A stretch of DNA of 64,000 nucleotides from Octopus vulgaris. Taxonomy: Eukaryota. Of the stretch, positions 1 to 13,567 are shown in pieces. The stretch lies in contig OX597822.1 of the NCBI GenBank assembly GCA_951406725.2, positions 57,598,001 to 57,662,000 on the forward strand, in the 5' to 3' direction. The translations under genes and the position numbers were made by a program. How positions within the stretch are numbered: the first letter of the stretch is position 1; each line of letters begins with the position of its first letter. The notes under the pieces are model-generated. The model saw only the letters and a program-made list of their open reading frames with translations, did no database searches and was not told the origin of the DNA.

Positions 1-289
1 ATGAGAAACTGTTTAATGATGTCAGGTGAAGGAGCTGTTTTGGCAACAGATTGTCATGAAAAGCTGAAGCGTTGGTTTATTAGGCATTCCAGTTATATAA
101 TATGATCTTTGACATGTGCTTTGATTATAGATATCTCTGTTAACTGCTATGAAGATGATATGCAATTAACTTTTTTAAGTCATATGAGCCAATCCCTCAG
201 CTAGTGATTTTTGTTTTAGAAAGTAAAATGCTAATCTCATCAGAAATGTGTTACTTTGCTTATTAAAATTCAATTACATTATCATTGCT

Positions 290-615
290 GTCTTAATGTC
301 TATTTTTCCATGCTTGCTTGTGTCAGATGGACTTTTGGTGAAGTAGATTTCCAAAGGAGGTAATATTTCCCCATGACCATACATGTCTCAGAAGATTGGA
401 AACAAAGGGCATTGCTTGACGATCCCAAGTAAAAATGACAGTTACACACACACACACATGGCATGCTATTTTTCAGTTACTGTCTATCAAATTCACTCAC
501 AAGGCTTTGGTTGACCTGGAGCTATAGTAGAAGACACCTGCCCAAGGTGCTATGCAGTGGGACTGAACCTGAAACCATATAGCAAACTTCCTAACTTACA
601 GCTGCACCTGTGCCT
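290..615 (-). mobile_element. tRNA-derived SINE (family A; core GGTTCAGTCCCACTGC...GGGCAAGTGTCTTCTACTATAG...AAAGCCTTGTGAGTG)
   Basis: Similar to many other copies in the window (e.g. 1010-1430, 3605-3960, 9120-9400, 12780-13095, 13750-13910, 16240-16570, 32770-33060, 37240-37345, 46190-46345, 46560-46910, 54025-54180, 56610-56890, 59080-59460). Boundaries approximate. Confidence 0.75.
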
Positions 616-654
616 GTTTTTACAAAATTTTAAACACCATCCTTATAGTGTACA

Positions 655-910
655 TACCTGTGGTTCGAGGGATCGCAAGTTCAAATCTCAGACCGGGCGA
701 TGTGTGTGTTTATGAGTGAAACACCCAAGCTCCATGCAGCTCCAGCAGAAGGTGATGGCGAACCTCTGCTGACTCTTTCGCCACAAATTTCTCTCACTCT
801 TTCCTCTTGCAGCTCACCTGTTATGGACCGGCATCCCGTCCAGGTGGGGAACCTATACGCCCAGGAAACTGGCCCTTATGAGCCTGACATGGCTCGAGAA
901 GGAACAAACA
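655..910 (+). mobile_element. tRNA-derived SINE sharing head and core with the 11848-12243 element
   Basis: B-box-like gttcaaatc followed by the cagaccgggcg...aagctcca...tttctctcactctt core, as in the reverse complement of 11848-12243. The 3' tail differs. Confidence 0.7.
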
Positions 911-1009
911 TATGCATATATGCACAAATACATTAGGATGTTACCTAACACTGCAGGTGTAAGAGCTGTTTTTATTGCATGTATAGAAATAGTCACATAT
1001 TTTGAAGTC

Positions 1010-1430
1010 CTTAAACATCCACTTTTCTATGCTTGCATGGGTCAGATGGAATTTTTTGAAGCATATTTTCTATGGCCAGATGTCCTTCCTGTCACCAACT
1101 CCTACCTGTTTCCAAGACAAGCAATATTTTCCTGTAACTAGACATGTTTTCCATAGACGACTGGAAAGGAATACTCTAGTTTATACACTGATGATGCTCA
1201 TTTACAACCATCATGTAATGTCAAGACGAGGTTGCACACAAACATATATATATACACACACACACACTCACATGTACATATATATATATGATGGGCTTCT
1301 TTCAGTTTCCATCTATCAAATCCATTCACAGGCTATAGAAGAAAACACTTGCCCAAGGTGCCTTGCTGTGGGACCAAACCCAAGACAATATGGTTGGGAA
1401 ACAAGCTTCTTAACCATACAGCCATGCTTA
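1010..1430 (-). mobile_element. Family A SINE with internal (TA/CA)n
   Basis: Same head and core as other family A copies. Explains the ORFs at 878-1564. Confidence 0.7.
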
Positions 1431-3025
1431 CATCTATATCCATAACTAAAAAAATGTTGTACATATACAACTATCAGCTTCTTGCTACTCCCTTTGTCCC
1501 CAGTACTCATATGAAATTTTCCATTGCATCCCATGGATGCTACTGCCCACTTGAGAAGCATTAACCTCTATGCTTTGTCTTCAAAAAGTTAAGTTATATC
1601 CCACTTAGCATGACAGTGTTGAAACCTTCTGTAAATAATGTAAGGTACTTCAGATTTAATTGGTGTTTTTCTATTGTTAATCTTTAAAATTGTTTCCTTT
1701 GATATGAAGGTGGGTATTTGATGATGACTGCTGTTTCTCAGCTCACAACTGCAGAGATATTTTTAGGCCTGGTATGTTACTGAAAATGTAGCAGACAGTG
1801 CAACTGAAGAATCGAAGCCATTTCCATTTGATAACTGAATAGGTAATGCTAAGAGAAGGTCTTACCATCAGTATTAAGTCTGCTACAACACTGGTTTGAA
1901 TCCTGCTTATGAACAGTTGTAAAGGATAAGTCCCTAACAAGTTGTGAAAACAACTGAATATGAAAGCCCATCCAACTCAGTGTACCATGGAGATACGTGT
2001 TAAACAGGGAAAGAACAAAAAATTAGGTACAGATTTTATAAAAAACAAAAATCTTAGTTTCTAAAGAAAGCTAAAGTATCAACTTATTATTGAAAGGCAA
2101 CTTGGCTCTGTCCAAAATTCCTCTTATACATGCGTCATTTTCTTATAATATACAATATTACTTGGCAATCAACTGAGGTAGACACTACTGGCAGATTAAT
2201 AAAGGCAGGAATCTTCTGAGTCTAAATTAAACTGTCAGTTAAAATGTTTTATTCTTGATAAGATTGTTGCTAGGATGACTATAACTGTCTTGGAAAGGAC
2301 TCAGTTAATCGTCTAAATAACGAAACTGACATTAATCATACAAATGAATTCTACGTTCTCTATCTCTCTCTCTCTCTCTCTAATTGCAACCATGTATTCT
2401 GTGAATTGGCAATATTGTTAGAGCATTGGCTACAGTACTTTGCTGAGTTCAAATCTTACTAAGGTCAACTTTGCTTTTCTTCCTTTTGGGGTCAATAAAA
2501 AAAGTACAAATTCAGAGTAGTAAATTAGCTGAACAGCAAGAACATCGGACTGGTTACCTTTATGGTATTTGTTCCAGCTTTTTACTTTCTGAGTTCAAAT
2601 CTCACTGTTGTCTAATTTGGTGGTAGATTTAATCCATCACCTAGTTTAACATCTCCACCTGGCATCTTGGGTACTTTTAGTGGAGCCTACTCTATTGTAT
2701 GCATTGAAATCAGGCCTCTTGTTTGAAAGTACCTTCCTTCATTTCTCCCACTTGTCTTGGTTTCCTGTGAAAAGGTCTTGAGCATTGCTCTGCCTCCTGG
2801 CTGAAGGATAAAAGAAAATGGTATTTCAGATTTAAAATGCAAAATAAAATCCACTGGAGTTGGTCACATTTTCATGGTTTACTTTGCATTTCTTGTCTAT
2901 CTGAGAATGGATCAACAGATGTAAAAGTCCTAAGAGGAATGACATGTGGTTTGAGTTATGGTAGTTATGGCATTTCTCTCATGGGTCAAAACAGGTGAAA
3001 AAGTAAAGATTATTTTACAGAACAT

Positions 3026-3258
3026 TTAACCCTTTGTAGCATTCTGAATATTTTGTCAAATGTAAAGCTTATTTAATCACATTCTTTTGAATTAATCATG
3101 CATTATCTCGTAGCTTTAAGATTTCAATGATGTGATTGTTTATTTTTTAGAATGACATTATAGGATTGGTATAAGAGGCCAGATCTGGGCTGGTTTGACC
3201 ATAAAACAAGTGGAATATTTAGATCAGACATGACTGGTTTGAATGCAAAAATGTTAAA
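3026..3258 (+). mobile_element. TTAA-flanked MITE (~230 bp), piggyBac-like ends
   Basis: ttaaccctt...agcatt left end and aatgc...gttaa right end. Homologous copies at 49783-50013 (-), 54747-55389 (+, split) and 58493-58717 (-). Confidence 0.65.
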
Positions 3259-3969
3259 CTATCATTCTTTATGTACTTTATTTCTCTGGTATAAAGTGAT
3301 TATTTATAAAATTCAAGCAGTATTTTGAGAATTCTTTTCTTTATCTTTTTTATATGAGACTTTAGCTACCTTGTTCTGTCTATCTTCTTGATCTAACCAG
3401 GAATCATCAGTTTATAATTTTTATAATTTTGCTCTTCCACTCTTCAATTTTCATATTCAGCTTACGTGTGTGTGTGTGTACATGTATGTATATATATATA
3501 TATATATATATATACATGTTCTTTTATTCTCTTATTTGTTTCAGTCATTGGACTGCGATCTTGCTTGAGCACCACCTTGAATATATATCTATATATGTGT
3601 ATGTATATGGCTGTGGTTAAGAATCTTGCTTTGCAATCATGATTTCAGATTCAGTCCCATTATGTGACACCTTGGGCATGTCTCCAATTGTAGCACCGAA
3701 GTAACCAATGCCTTGAGAGTGTATTTGGTTGATAGAAACTGTGTGAAAGTCTTTCGTTTGTGTGTGTATACACATATATTGTGTGTATGTGTTTGTTTCA
3801 CCCACCACTTGACAACTGGTGTTAGTTTTTTTTACATCCCCATAACTTATTGGTTTGGCACATGAGGCATGTAGGCTAAATACCAGTCTTAGAAAATAAG
3901 TACTAGAGGCAAATGCCCCAGCATGGCTGCAGTCCAGTGATTGAAATAAGTATAAGATGATATATATTA

Positions 3970-4500
3970 TATCAACTGTTTGCAGTGTATGTGAATTTAG
4001 GATAGGTGAGTTGTCCTTGAGCTTTTGCAGGCTCTTCCAGTCTGGTAAAATTGAAACCAAGTCAATATCTGCATAAAAAATTGTGGTAGAGAGGGAACAA
4101 AATGCTTGTTGCAGAGTGAAGTGTGATAAATGAATGCACCCAAGGACCTAGCAGTGGTGTTAAACTAGGCATGAGTGTGTGTTTTGAGATGTTCCTGTTG
4201 TGGTCTTCCCATCTTTATTTAGACTCGAAAACTGCTTCGCCCTCTTTTTTTATTTTTTTTATTTTTTATTTAATTCACACTTCCTGATAATTCAAGACAA
4301 TAGAGATGAAGCTATTGTATGATGGGTATACTTTAACTGGAAAGTTCGCAGTGAGTAGTAATTAGAGAGAATTTGATATGTTAGATATCTGGTGGCTGTG
4401 AAAGCATTGTCAAACCTCAAGAGACACAAACACATCTGATGCTTCATTTTCCTTGTGTTGTCTTTACTTTCCTTTCTCACATACTGCTATCACCATTGAA
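3970..4500 (-). mobile_element. Decayed RTE-clade LINE fragment
   Basis: The minus-strand translation gives degenerate RT C-terminal-like peptides and a terminal 'GRACK..' cysteine-motif-like stretch, with many stops. Confidence 0.4.
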
Positions 4501-4884
4501 TTGAATGTATTATTTCTAAAGATGTTTTGGTTGTAGTCATTTACCCAACACATTCAGATAAGCGTGTGTGTGTGTGTGTACCACATGTTTATTAATATAA
4601 TTCAAAGATACCATCTGTATGAAAAACAATAGCTAAGTTCGGGGCATTAAATACCTAATTAGAAATAATTATGCAATGAGGAAAAGGCATTTGCTCAATG
4701 ACTTACTATTTTTTTCTCCTTTTGTCTCATTATTTCATTCACTCATTGTTATCTCCGTCACTTATTCATTTGTTCTGATTTATCCACTTGTTCATTCATT
4801 CATGCTCATTCAATCTTTTGCTTTCTCCATATTTATTTATGATCTGACTTAATTGTATGAATCTAACATTCAGTTGATGTTATA

Positions 4885-5108
4885 TATTGGTTTCAAATTT
4901 TGGCACAAGGCCAGCAATTTTGGTGGGTGGGTGGGTGGGGGAATAAGTCAGTTAAATCGACCCCTGTGTTCAACTGGTACTTATTTTATCAATCCCAAAA
5001 GGATGAAAGGCAGAGTTGACTTCTGCAGAATTGAACTCAGAACTTAAAGATGGATGAAATGCTGCTATTTTGCTTGGTGTGCTAACAATTCTGCCAGCTC
5101 ACCACCTT
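4885..5108 (-). mobile_element. tRNA-derived SINE (family B; core GAGTTCAAATTC...TTTGCCTTTCATCCTTTCGGGGTCGATAAA..AAGTACCAG)
   Basis: Matches copies at 11640-11830, 23340-23480, 36724-36940, 48710-48890, 51345-51555, 51995-52228, 52695-52860 and 52870-53075. Confidence 0.75.
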
Positions 5109-5719
5109 GGTTAATGTTACATATTATCAATTCTATCAAATCAATATAAATCATTTAAACTGAAAAATGTCCTCACTTTCTGTATATAAATGTTTCTTTT
5201 ATTTATTTTTTTTTTTTCCTTTTCTCTCACACATATGAGAGAAAGAAAGGACTAGGACAAGATTGTCCACTCACTTTTAAGAGAAGTAAAGAAAATTTAG
5301 TGATATGACTTATCAGAAAATGGAAAGTTTTTTTCTTTTCTCTCTCTTTTTACACACACACACAGGGGTGGGGACAAGGACAGCAATCTCCAATATGTTC
5401 TCCTTTACTAAATTTTAAGGGAAGTGAAAAAAAAATTGGCAAAATTACAATTACCAGGAAATGAATAGTCAGGAAGTAGTGAAATATTTCATTTGTTTTT
5501 TTAAAATTACAATCACTAGATTACTTGATCATGAAGTAAATCTAAATTTAAAGTTGAGACAGGAAGTAAAGGCAGAGTTGCAAGCTGTTACTGAAAGCTG
5601 TACAAAGTGAGCAGTGGCTTTTGAGCAAAGATGGTTTTCAGAGCAACAGTTTTAAACGAAATATACTAAAATTGAAATTATCAAGACATTACACTCATTT
5701 TAGATCAGCTTTGCCTTAC

Positions 5720-6042
5720 TTGCAATTGTGCCAGTGGCACATGAAAAAAAAACATTTGAGCGAGGTCGTTGCCAGTGATGCTGGACTGGCTCCTGTGCAG
5801 GTGGTACATAAAAAACACCATTTGAGCATGGCCAATGCCAGTACCGCCTGACTGGCCCTTGTGCCGGTGGCATGTAAAAGCACCCACTACACTCTTGGAG
5901 TGGTTGGCATTAGGAAGGGCATCCAACTGTAGAAACTCTGCCAGGTCATATTGGAGCCTGGTACAGCCATCTGGTTTGCCAGTCCTGTCAAATCGTCCAA
6001 CCCATGCTAGCATGAAAAATGGACATTAAATGATGATGATAT
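5720..6042 (+). mobile_element. SINE-like repeat (family C) with internal ~66-bp units and (TGA)n tail
   Basis: gccagt..actggc units, then ggcattaggaagggcatcca...cccatgctagcatg...atgatgatg. Relatives at 20690-20925, 35893-36230, 42105-42290, 57050-57335 and 58925-59065. Confidence 0.7.
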
Positions 6043-7854
6043 GCACTTTGGTTACATATACAGATATATTTGCATTTCATATGAAATTTTAGATTATTGC
6101 ATCTTTTACCCCTAAACATTTTCCATTGTCATGTCTAATTTTGGATGTATGGTTTATATAATGATTTTTTTATTAATAATAATGATTAAATTAGATTTTT
6201 TTGCATTAACCAGTCATATTCCAGGGAAGCTAAAAAGAATCACACACAAAATATAAATCAATAATTTCTTATATACAATTCGCTCACATTGTGTCTTCCC
6301 ATGTGTAATATTAAAAAGTAATAATGAAAGTGGATAACTGGAGTTTCTGTATCTTTTATCTTCCTACCTTATGTTGTCGAAGTTTAATCTCATATCCAGA
6401 ACCTGATGATCCAGTACTTGCTGAAATGACTTAATGTAATATTTGTCATTCAGTTAATGTTCTCTTCTTCATTTGATTTAATTACTATTTCTAATTAGAT
6501 TTTTGATGCACAGCATTCCATATATTTATCCCCAACCTCAACCTGGCCATCATCCAGTAGGCTCATGATCAAAGGTGTTCCGGCCATGACCAGCCAGTTT
6601 TGTTTTCAGACTTAATACATTTAAGTCTACATTATTCAAAGTAGGTTGTGATTTGGTGGAGATTTGGGATACTGTTTTCACATGGGAAAGTGATCTCCCC
6701 AGAAACTCCCTCTGTTTTGGGATTGGTTGTTTTGCTGAAGTAAATTACTGAGCAGATCTATGATCAAAGACCTTCCATCTTTGACCATTCTGTCTTCTGT
6801 GTGCTGGGAACCCAGGACAATATCCAGAGAGACATTTTGCTACCATTCCTATCTGTTCAATTGAATCCATAGAAACTCTCCTTACATTGGTGTAGACAAT
6901 CTGAAATTTTCCTTCATGTTTTAGATTTTCATTGATATTTTTAAGATAAATACTTTGAGAAATCTCAGGTGGATTACTATCAAAGGGATTAAATGGTTTC
7001 TCATTCCATTTTCTGTTATAGAATTAGGTTATAAATAATTAGATTACTTCTTAGAATTAATAAAGCAAGGCTTCTCCTTGGAGTTGAAAAATCTTTTGAA
7101 CATTGATGTCGATAGACAAAATCCTAGACTTTTCTTAGGGGCCATAATGTAATGCATAGGGAAGAAAATCCCTCACCCCAAAGTTTCCATTTAAAATCCT
7201 TCCTGTTGGATCTCTCTCTGAAATATCAGACCTCACCCCTCCTGATGGCACATAACTTTGTCTTATTTTACAAACTGTTCTGTACTCCAAACTTGTAGAA
7301 GATAGAAGTAAAGAAAAGCTGAAAAATAAAAAAAGATTGTACATTAACTTTACTGCATATCTCAAAGTATGTCTGAATATCAAGACTTTACAGTTTAGAA
7401 TTGGTAAAACAATGTGCTGGTCTTAGTAAACATTATGCTGTTTGATTATTTTTGTATTTACTTTCATCTGGTTGCTCTGTGTTTTATTAGATCATACAAT
7501 TCCAATTCTGTCAATATATGTACAGATTCACTAGATAACTTTTGAGAACAACATGTACTGCAATATCCTTTTCAATAAAGTCTGGTTTCTCTAGAAAACT
7601 GTTTCTGTCAACTATTTGGTTTCTGTGACAGTTTGCAAAAAAAAAAAATCTAATTGTGTTCAGGCAGTCAACATAGAAAGAGTTAGTTGACAACTGAGAT
7701 TCGGAAGCTGAGTTGGCTAAAAATAATCAGGGGTAAATTTAAGGTTGCCATCATTCAGATTGCTCTATTTCATAAGCAGCAATGGCTGGATGAAATATAC
7801 TTTTGATATTGAAAAACCAATTTATGTTTTGTTTTGCTTTTTCCTATTCTCTAG

Positions 7855-7977
7855 GTTGAACAACGAGATGTTCCAGGTATTGATAGTGCCTTCTTGGCGA
7901 TGGATACAGAGGAGGGAATGGAAGTCGTATGGAATGAGGTCCAGTTTTCAGAAAAGAAGAATTTTAAAGCACAGCAG
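7855..7977 (+). CDS. NRBP1: NRBP-like pseudokinase, internal coding exon A (VEQRDVPGIDSAFLAMDTEEGMEVVWNEVQFSEKKNFKAQQ)
   Basis: Acceptor ttcctattctctag, 123-nt open exon (phase 0-0), donor gtaaga. The translation closely matches the NRBP1/Madm N-lobe motif (PGIDSAYLAMDTEEGVEVVWNEVQFSE). Confidence 0.96.
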
Positions 7978-8324
7978 GTAAGATAGCTGAAGTCTATGTC
8001 ATTCGCTAGTTTGATAGATGTCTCTATATACAAGTGAAGATATTTTCAGTTCTTGCATGGCTGTGTGTGGATGTGAAGATGTTTAAATTCTGTGATTGGA
8101 TGCCAAGACAATTGTGTATGTGTATGATGGGCCTTACATATTGTTCAAGACTTAGAATGCGTTTTAGTGCTTCTATTTTCAGTTTACTTTCTTGCAGTCA
8201 TGTTCAATCTTTTATTTGTTATCCTAGTTACTTCTGGAGGGTTTTTTTCTAATATAAATTTCTTTCTTACAGGTTCCTTTCCACCTTTCTCAAAATTATT
8301 CTGTGACCAACTCTGACTTTAAAC

Positions 8325-8647
8325 CAGTGGTTCCCAAACCTTTTTGAATTGCTGCCCCCTTGACACCCAGGCCATATATCTAGGGCCCCCATTCCCAACT
8401 AACCATCACACACACACACACAAACATAGACCTCTTTCTGAAGCAAATTCAAAGCAACTGTATTTCACAAATAAAACTTAACCTAATGAACCCATTATTT
8501 TGTTGTTTTTACATGAATCACTACCCCATTATCACCCCACTTTTTGCATGAATCGCTACCCCATTATCGCCCCACTTTTCTTCAACGCTCCCTTGGAACT
8601 TTCCACCACCCCGAAGGGGACAATATCACCCACTTTGGGAACCACTG
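8325..8647. mobile_element. Non-autonomous hAT (Charlie-like) MITE
   Basis: TIRs cagtggttcccaaa / tttgggaaccactg. Perfect 8-bp TSD ctttaaac at 8317-8324 and 8648-8655. Confidence 0.9.
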
Positions 8648-11377
8648 CTTTAAACCATAACCTCCTGACCCTAAACCCTAACTAATAATACATATAAATA
8701 ATTATCACCATCATTTAACATCAATGTTCCATACTGACATGGATTGGATGGTTTGACAGGATCCAATGGGTCCAAGGACTGCATTATGTTCCACTGTTTT
8801 CTATGGCTGGATGCCTTTCTTAATGCTAACCACTTCACGACATGTACTTAGTGCTTCTGTCATGCCATTGGCGCCAGTGCGGTCAGCATGAAGCTTGCAA
8901 GGCTACAAATCCCAAGAAAGTTGGGGGTGCAGCTTTATATTAGGAGTAGAGAAAAAAGCTGGAACACCAAAATGAATTAGACCACCAAGTAATTTGTCTT
9001 GAAAAGTTTCCATTTCCAAACAATTCTCCTTATTTCAAGTTTGATGTCTTAAGATGTGCAATTGATCTGTTCCATTGATCACAAGCAGCTGTTTATCAGT
9101 TGGAAGGATAGCTATAAGCACAGTCATGGCTATGTGGTCTCAGGTTCAGTTCCACTTCACTGCATCTTGGGCAAATGTCCTCTACTATAGTCCCAAGCTG
9201 ACCACGGCCTTGTGAGTGGATTTGATTGGTGGAAACTGAAAGAAGCTTGTGTGTATGTATGCATTTGTGTATATATGTATGTTTGTCCTAACTTCATGTG
9301 ATGGCTCTAAATTATACACCATTATACAAACAATATTGTGAGTTTCCAATTTTCAACTAAGCATAGTGTAGTGTTGAGGGAAATGGCTTTATGTTGTGTG
9401 ATGAGAAGTTTAAGTATAATAGGACAGGAACAGATGTCTTGTTATAAAGGAGATTCATGGTTACTCCAGTTAGAAAAGAGAGATGATGGTGAAGATGTGT
9501 CGGAGTGTACCCTCAGCTTACAGGAAAGTGAATATAAGAGAAGTGATACAAAGGATTGGATAGGGTGAAAGGATAGAAATAATTAACATAATTATTGATT
9601 TCAAATTTTAGCAGAAGTCAATAAATAATACACCAATCCTGTACAGATTATTAAATTGACTAGCCTTGTCCCTAAAAAATTTCTACCCTTGTACTTATAT
9701 AAAAAACGATTATGATTAATGCAGAAGTTAATGAAACAAGTACCAGCTATGTACCGGGGTTAATTCAGTGTATCTCCCCTACATCTGTATCTTTTTGTGT
9801 CATTGCAAGAAATCATTATCATATTTGCTTGGTGCAAGAATTAACTATCATCTGTTGAAACGTTCAGTTGGAATCTGATTAAGTCATTCCTTATCCATGT
9901 GGGATACTTGGCTATGGTGTTTTTAATATTTAAGATAGAAATTATTTCTGTCCACAGAGTATGTGACTAAAGACCTTACAGTCTTTTAGTTTAATTCCTC
10001 TGCATTCTGAATTCAAATCCTGTGAACCTTATCTTTCAATCCTCTAGGGTTAATAGAATAGTTATCAAGCTTTCTCTGGTTATTGTCAGTTTAATTGACT
10101 TGTGACTTCATTTTGTAGTCTGGTACCAGTGTGAGAACCCATTGTTACAGAAATCAAACATCTTATCTGTATATATGTGTATATACCAGAAAACTGTTTA
10201 CCATGACCAATGTCTTTTGCATTAAACATAAATGATAAATATTTGAAATATCACTCTTGTAACAGTCATCTTCCATCTACCAAGCACTACTTGTTTGTCA
10301 ACATTCATAATGACCAATTAACTCTGCTATATTCAAATAATTTATTAAACTTGTTTCTTCTTCAGAATTCATAATTAACTATTTGCATGGTTATTGTTCC
10401 AGCTGTTTGTTATTGCCATCATAATCATTCATATTGTTATTACCACTCACGCTTCCATTACTAACATCAATACTGTCACCATATTATCAGATGTTATTGT
10501 TACCAACATTCTCCATCATTACTATCACTATCATCCAGACAGTATCACCATAGTGATGTCAACCTTCACTATGAACTAGTAAAAGAACTCGAGCCCATGG
10601 AGAAGTCTCTACATTATCACTAGACTTGCTAGAAATAACAGCCAAATCTCCCTTGAATCACAACTTATCTTAAATAAATAACAGCTACATTGGATTATGT
10701 CATCCTAGATGAATACAAGACAGAGTTGTTGCAGTTGGAATGCCTCTGGTCAATAAGGGTTGATTTAGGGTTAAACAACAACAATCAGTAAAAGAACTGC
10801 TATGTTTTGCTCAGTGTGACCTACATGCCTACATCTACAAGCTTACTGATATCTTTAGAGTAGGAACCTTCCAAAATACTTTTGAATCAAATGGCATGAT
10901 TAACTGTCAGTATTGCATGAGTAATTTGCTGGAGATTTGGTTGCTATGTCTAGAAAGTTGAGCAACCCATGTAAAAGCTGCCTGTAAATGATGTTGTATT
11001 AAGTGGCTTCAAATATACACCACATTTTTTAGATCAGCTGTTGATAAATTAGTCATATTAAAAATGATATCTTGTTACCAGACTATAGTGCAGTTATGTT
11101 CTTATATTTTACTGTGTGCATGCACAGCTAGTGACTTAAAAGAAAGTCTTTGAAGTTATAAGTATGTTACATTTATTCATTAGCTAAACTACTTAAATAT
11201 ACTAATGTGTAAAGATCTAACAAGCTAAATTAGATAATTTTCTGTGTTTACCATAAGACTAATTTGTAATAATGCCTCTTGAATTGTATACTAATTTTGT
11301 ATTTTTAAGTTTTTTAAGTAAGGATGATTTCTGCCTACATGCCTACAAATTATTTCTTCACAAATATATTTAATGCA

Positions 11378-11605
11378 TACGAAGGGTGCTGGAAAGTTAC
11401 TGGCTTTGAGTAAAAAAAAAAAAAAAAAAAGAAAAGAAAAGCACAGGAAGATCAGTTAATTATGATTTTATTGAACATGTTTCCCCTCTCAGATTCACAC
11501 ACTTGTTACAGTGGCCTTTCAGTTTTTCTAAACCCTGTAAAAAAAAAAAAACTTGGAAGGTTGGGCCTCCAACCAGGTCTTTTGCAATACCCTTAAAGCC
11601 ATTGC
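11378..11605 (+). mobile_element. mariner-like MITE
   Basis: Begins tacgaagggtgctggaaagtt. The body is homologous to 62337-62555, which ends in ...aacttttcagcaccccc (inverted terminus). Confidence 0.65.
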
Positions 11606-11847
11606 TGGCCCTTGTGTCTAAAGTAGAAACCAACATTAATCATGATTTCATTTCTAACGTAAGCACAAGGCCAAAGGTTTGGGTAAGGGAGGGAAGAGTT
11701 GAATATATAAACCCAAAAACTTGTTTTATCAAGCCTGGAAGGATGAAAGGCAAAGTCGACCTCATTGGGATTTGAACTCAAAGCATAAAGAGCTGGAACA
11801 AATATTACAAGGCATTTTGTCCAACATTCCAATAAGGTTGTTGTTGT

Positions 11848-12243
11848 TGTGAGTGGATGGAAGCACTCCGTCGGTTACGACGATGAGGGTTCTGGTTGAT
11901 CCGAATCAACAGAACAGCCTGCTCGTGAAATTAATGTGTAAGTGGCTGAGCACTCCACAGACACGTGTACCCTTAACGTAGTTCTCGGGGATATTCAGCG
12001 TGACACAGAGAGTGACAAGGCCGGCCCTTTGAAATACAGGTACAACAGAAACAGGAAGTAAGAGTGAGAGAAAGTTGTGGTGAAAGAGTACAGCAGAGAT
12101 CACCACTATCCCCTGCCGGAGCCTCGTGGAGCTTTAGGTGTTTTCGCTCAATAAACACTCACAACGCCCGGTCTGGTAATCGAAACCGCGATCCTATGAC
12201 CGCGAGTCCACTGCCCAAACCACTGGGCCATTGCGCCTCCACA
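11848..12243 (-). mobile_element. Apparently young, full-length tRNA-derived SINE with (CAA)n tail
   Basis: The minus strand starts gtggaggcgcaatggcccagtgg (A box) ... ggtttcgattacc (B box). It is CpG-rich relative to its flanks, with a (ttg)n tail at 11837-11850. Confidence 0.85.
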
Positions 12244-13353
12244 AATTAAGTGAGTATTGCACCACTGAAATAGATTGTGATTATTGTAATTTAGATATGA
12301 ACTGCAGACTATATTCTCAGGTGCTGTTATGGTGACACTGGCATTGGGGAAAATATGGTCAATAAAATAAAGACTGTATAAGTCTGATAATAACTAGATT
12401 ACCAGGATTAAGTCAAGTATGCTTTATCAGCAGATATATGCAACACAAGATCTACAATAATGCATCATCATCGTTATATAATGTACATGTTCTATGCTGG
12501 CATGAGTTGCATGGTTTGACATGAACCAGTGTGTCCAATGTCTGCTTTGACATGGTTTTTACAACTGGATATCCTTCCTAATGCCATCCACTTTACAGCA
12601 TAAACAGAGTGCTTTTTTTTTGTGTGTGTGTGCCACCCACACTATTGAGGTCACCATGCAGTTCACAGCCCTGGGATAGGTGGCAGGTTCAACTTCATGC
12701 TAGGGGACGATGGGGCATTACTATGAGAGAGGTGGGCAGAGCAGGTTCCTAGCATATTATTACTTGGGACTGTTATAGGCACAGATATGGCTGTGTGGTT
12801 AAAATGTTTGCTTCCCAACCACATAGTTTTTTAGTTCAGGCCTATTGTATGGCAACTTGAGCAACTGCCTTCTACTATATCTCCAGATGGATCAGACTTG
12901 AAGGTGGATTTGTGATAGTTGTAAAATTATTCTCACTGTCATATAAGCAATGTCATTTATTTCCAATATTCTGTGAAATCATGTCTAGCCAGTGTGGAAT
13001 ATTACCTTGCTTGAAAATAGGTGAGGATTCATAACATGAAGGGTATCTGGCTCTATGCAAGCATGGAAAAGTGGACATTGAGATGACGATGATGGTGAAG
13101 ATCTTACTTGAGAATGTTTTATAATCTTATGATGACGCTATGTTGAAATCTAATGTGAAGTATAATGATTATTATTATGAATGTTCCTTCTTTTAGCCTT
13201 GCATTGTTTTGTATTAGTTAGTATATTGGTGGATTTTCTTTTACAACTAAATACATGAAATAAGGGGATAGAATCTGATCTCAAATTAAAAAGGGCAAAC
13301 CTCTGTTAAACTATTGGAGGAAAGGGTATCCATTTTAACTAATCTGAGGTTAA

Positions 13354-13567
13354 CCCTTTCATTACTGTATTTATTTTGAGATGCTCTGTGTTTCTTTCAA
13401 TTACTTCAAATATAACAAAGAATTTAATAAAATAGCTTAGTTATCATTCAGCTAGTGTTAGGAACATAACTTGTGACTAAGGTTTGGTGGAAGATTTTAA
13501 TTCAAAACTTATGAAAACAAAACATTTGTACTCAGAGCCAGTTTCAGCTGGGTTGATAACAAAAGGG
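13354..13567. mobile_element. piggyBac-like MITE
   Basis: TTAA|ccctttc...aaaaggg|TTAA termini, i.e. TTAA target duplication with CCC/GGG ends. Confidence 0.75.

Noticed and set aside
2731-2800. Minus-strand exon-like segment (tttcttttatccttcag...GAAG|gtactt)
   Set aside because: No recognisable protein in any frame and no partner exons. The surroundings look like a decayed retroelement end.
6400-6460. CTGATGA...CTGAAA with a short hairpin: possible C/D snoRNA or hammerhead
   Set aside because: No terminal stem, correct box spacing, or proper stem II/III pairing visible.
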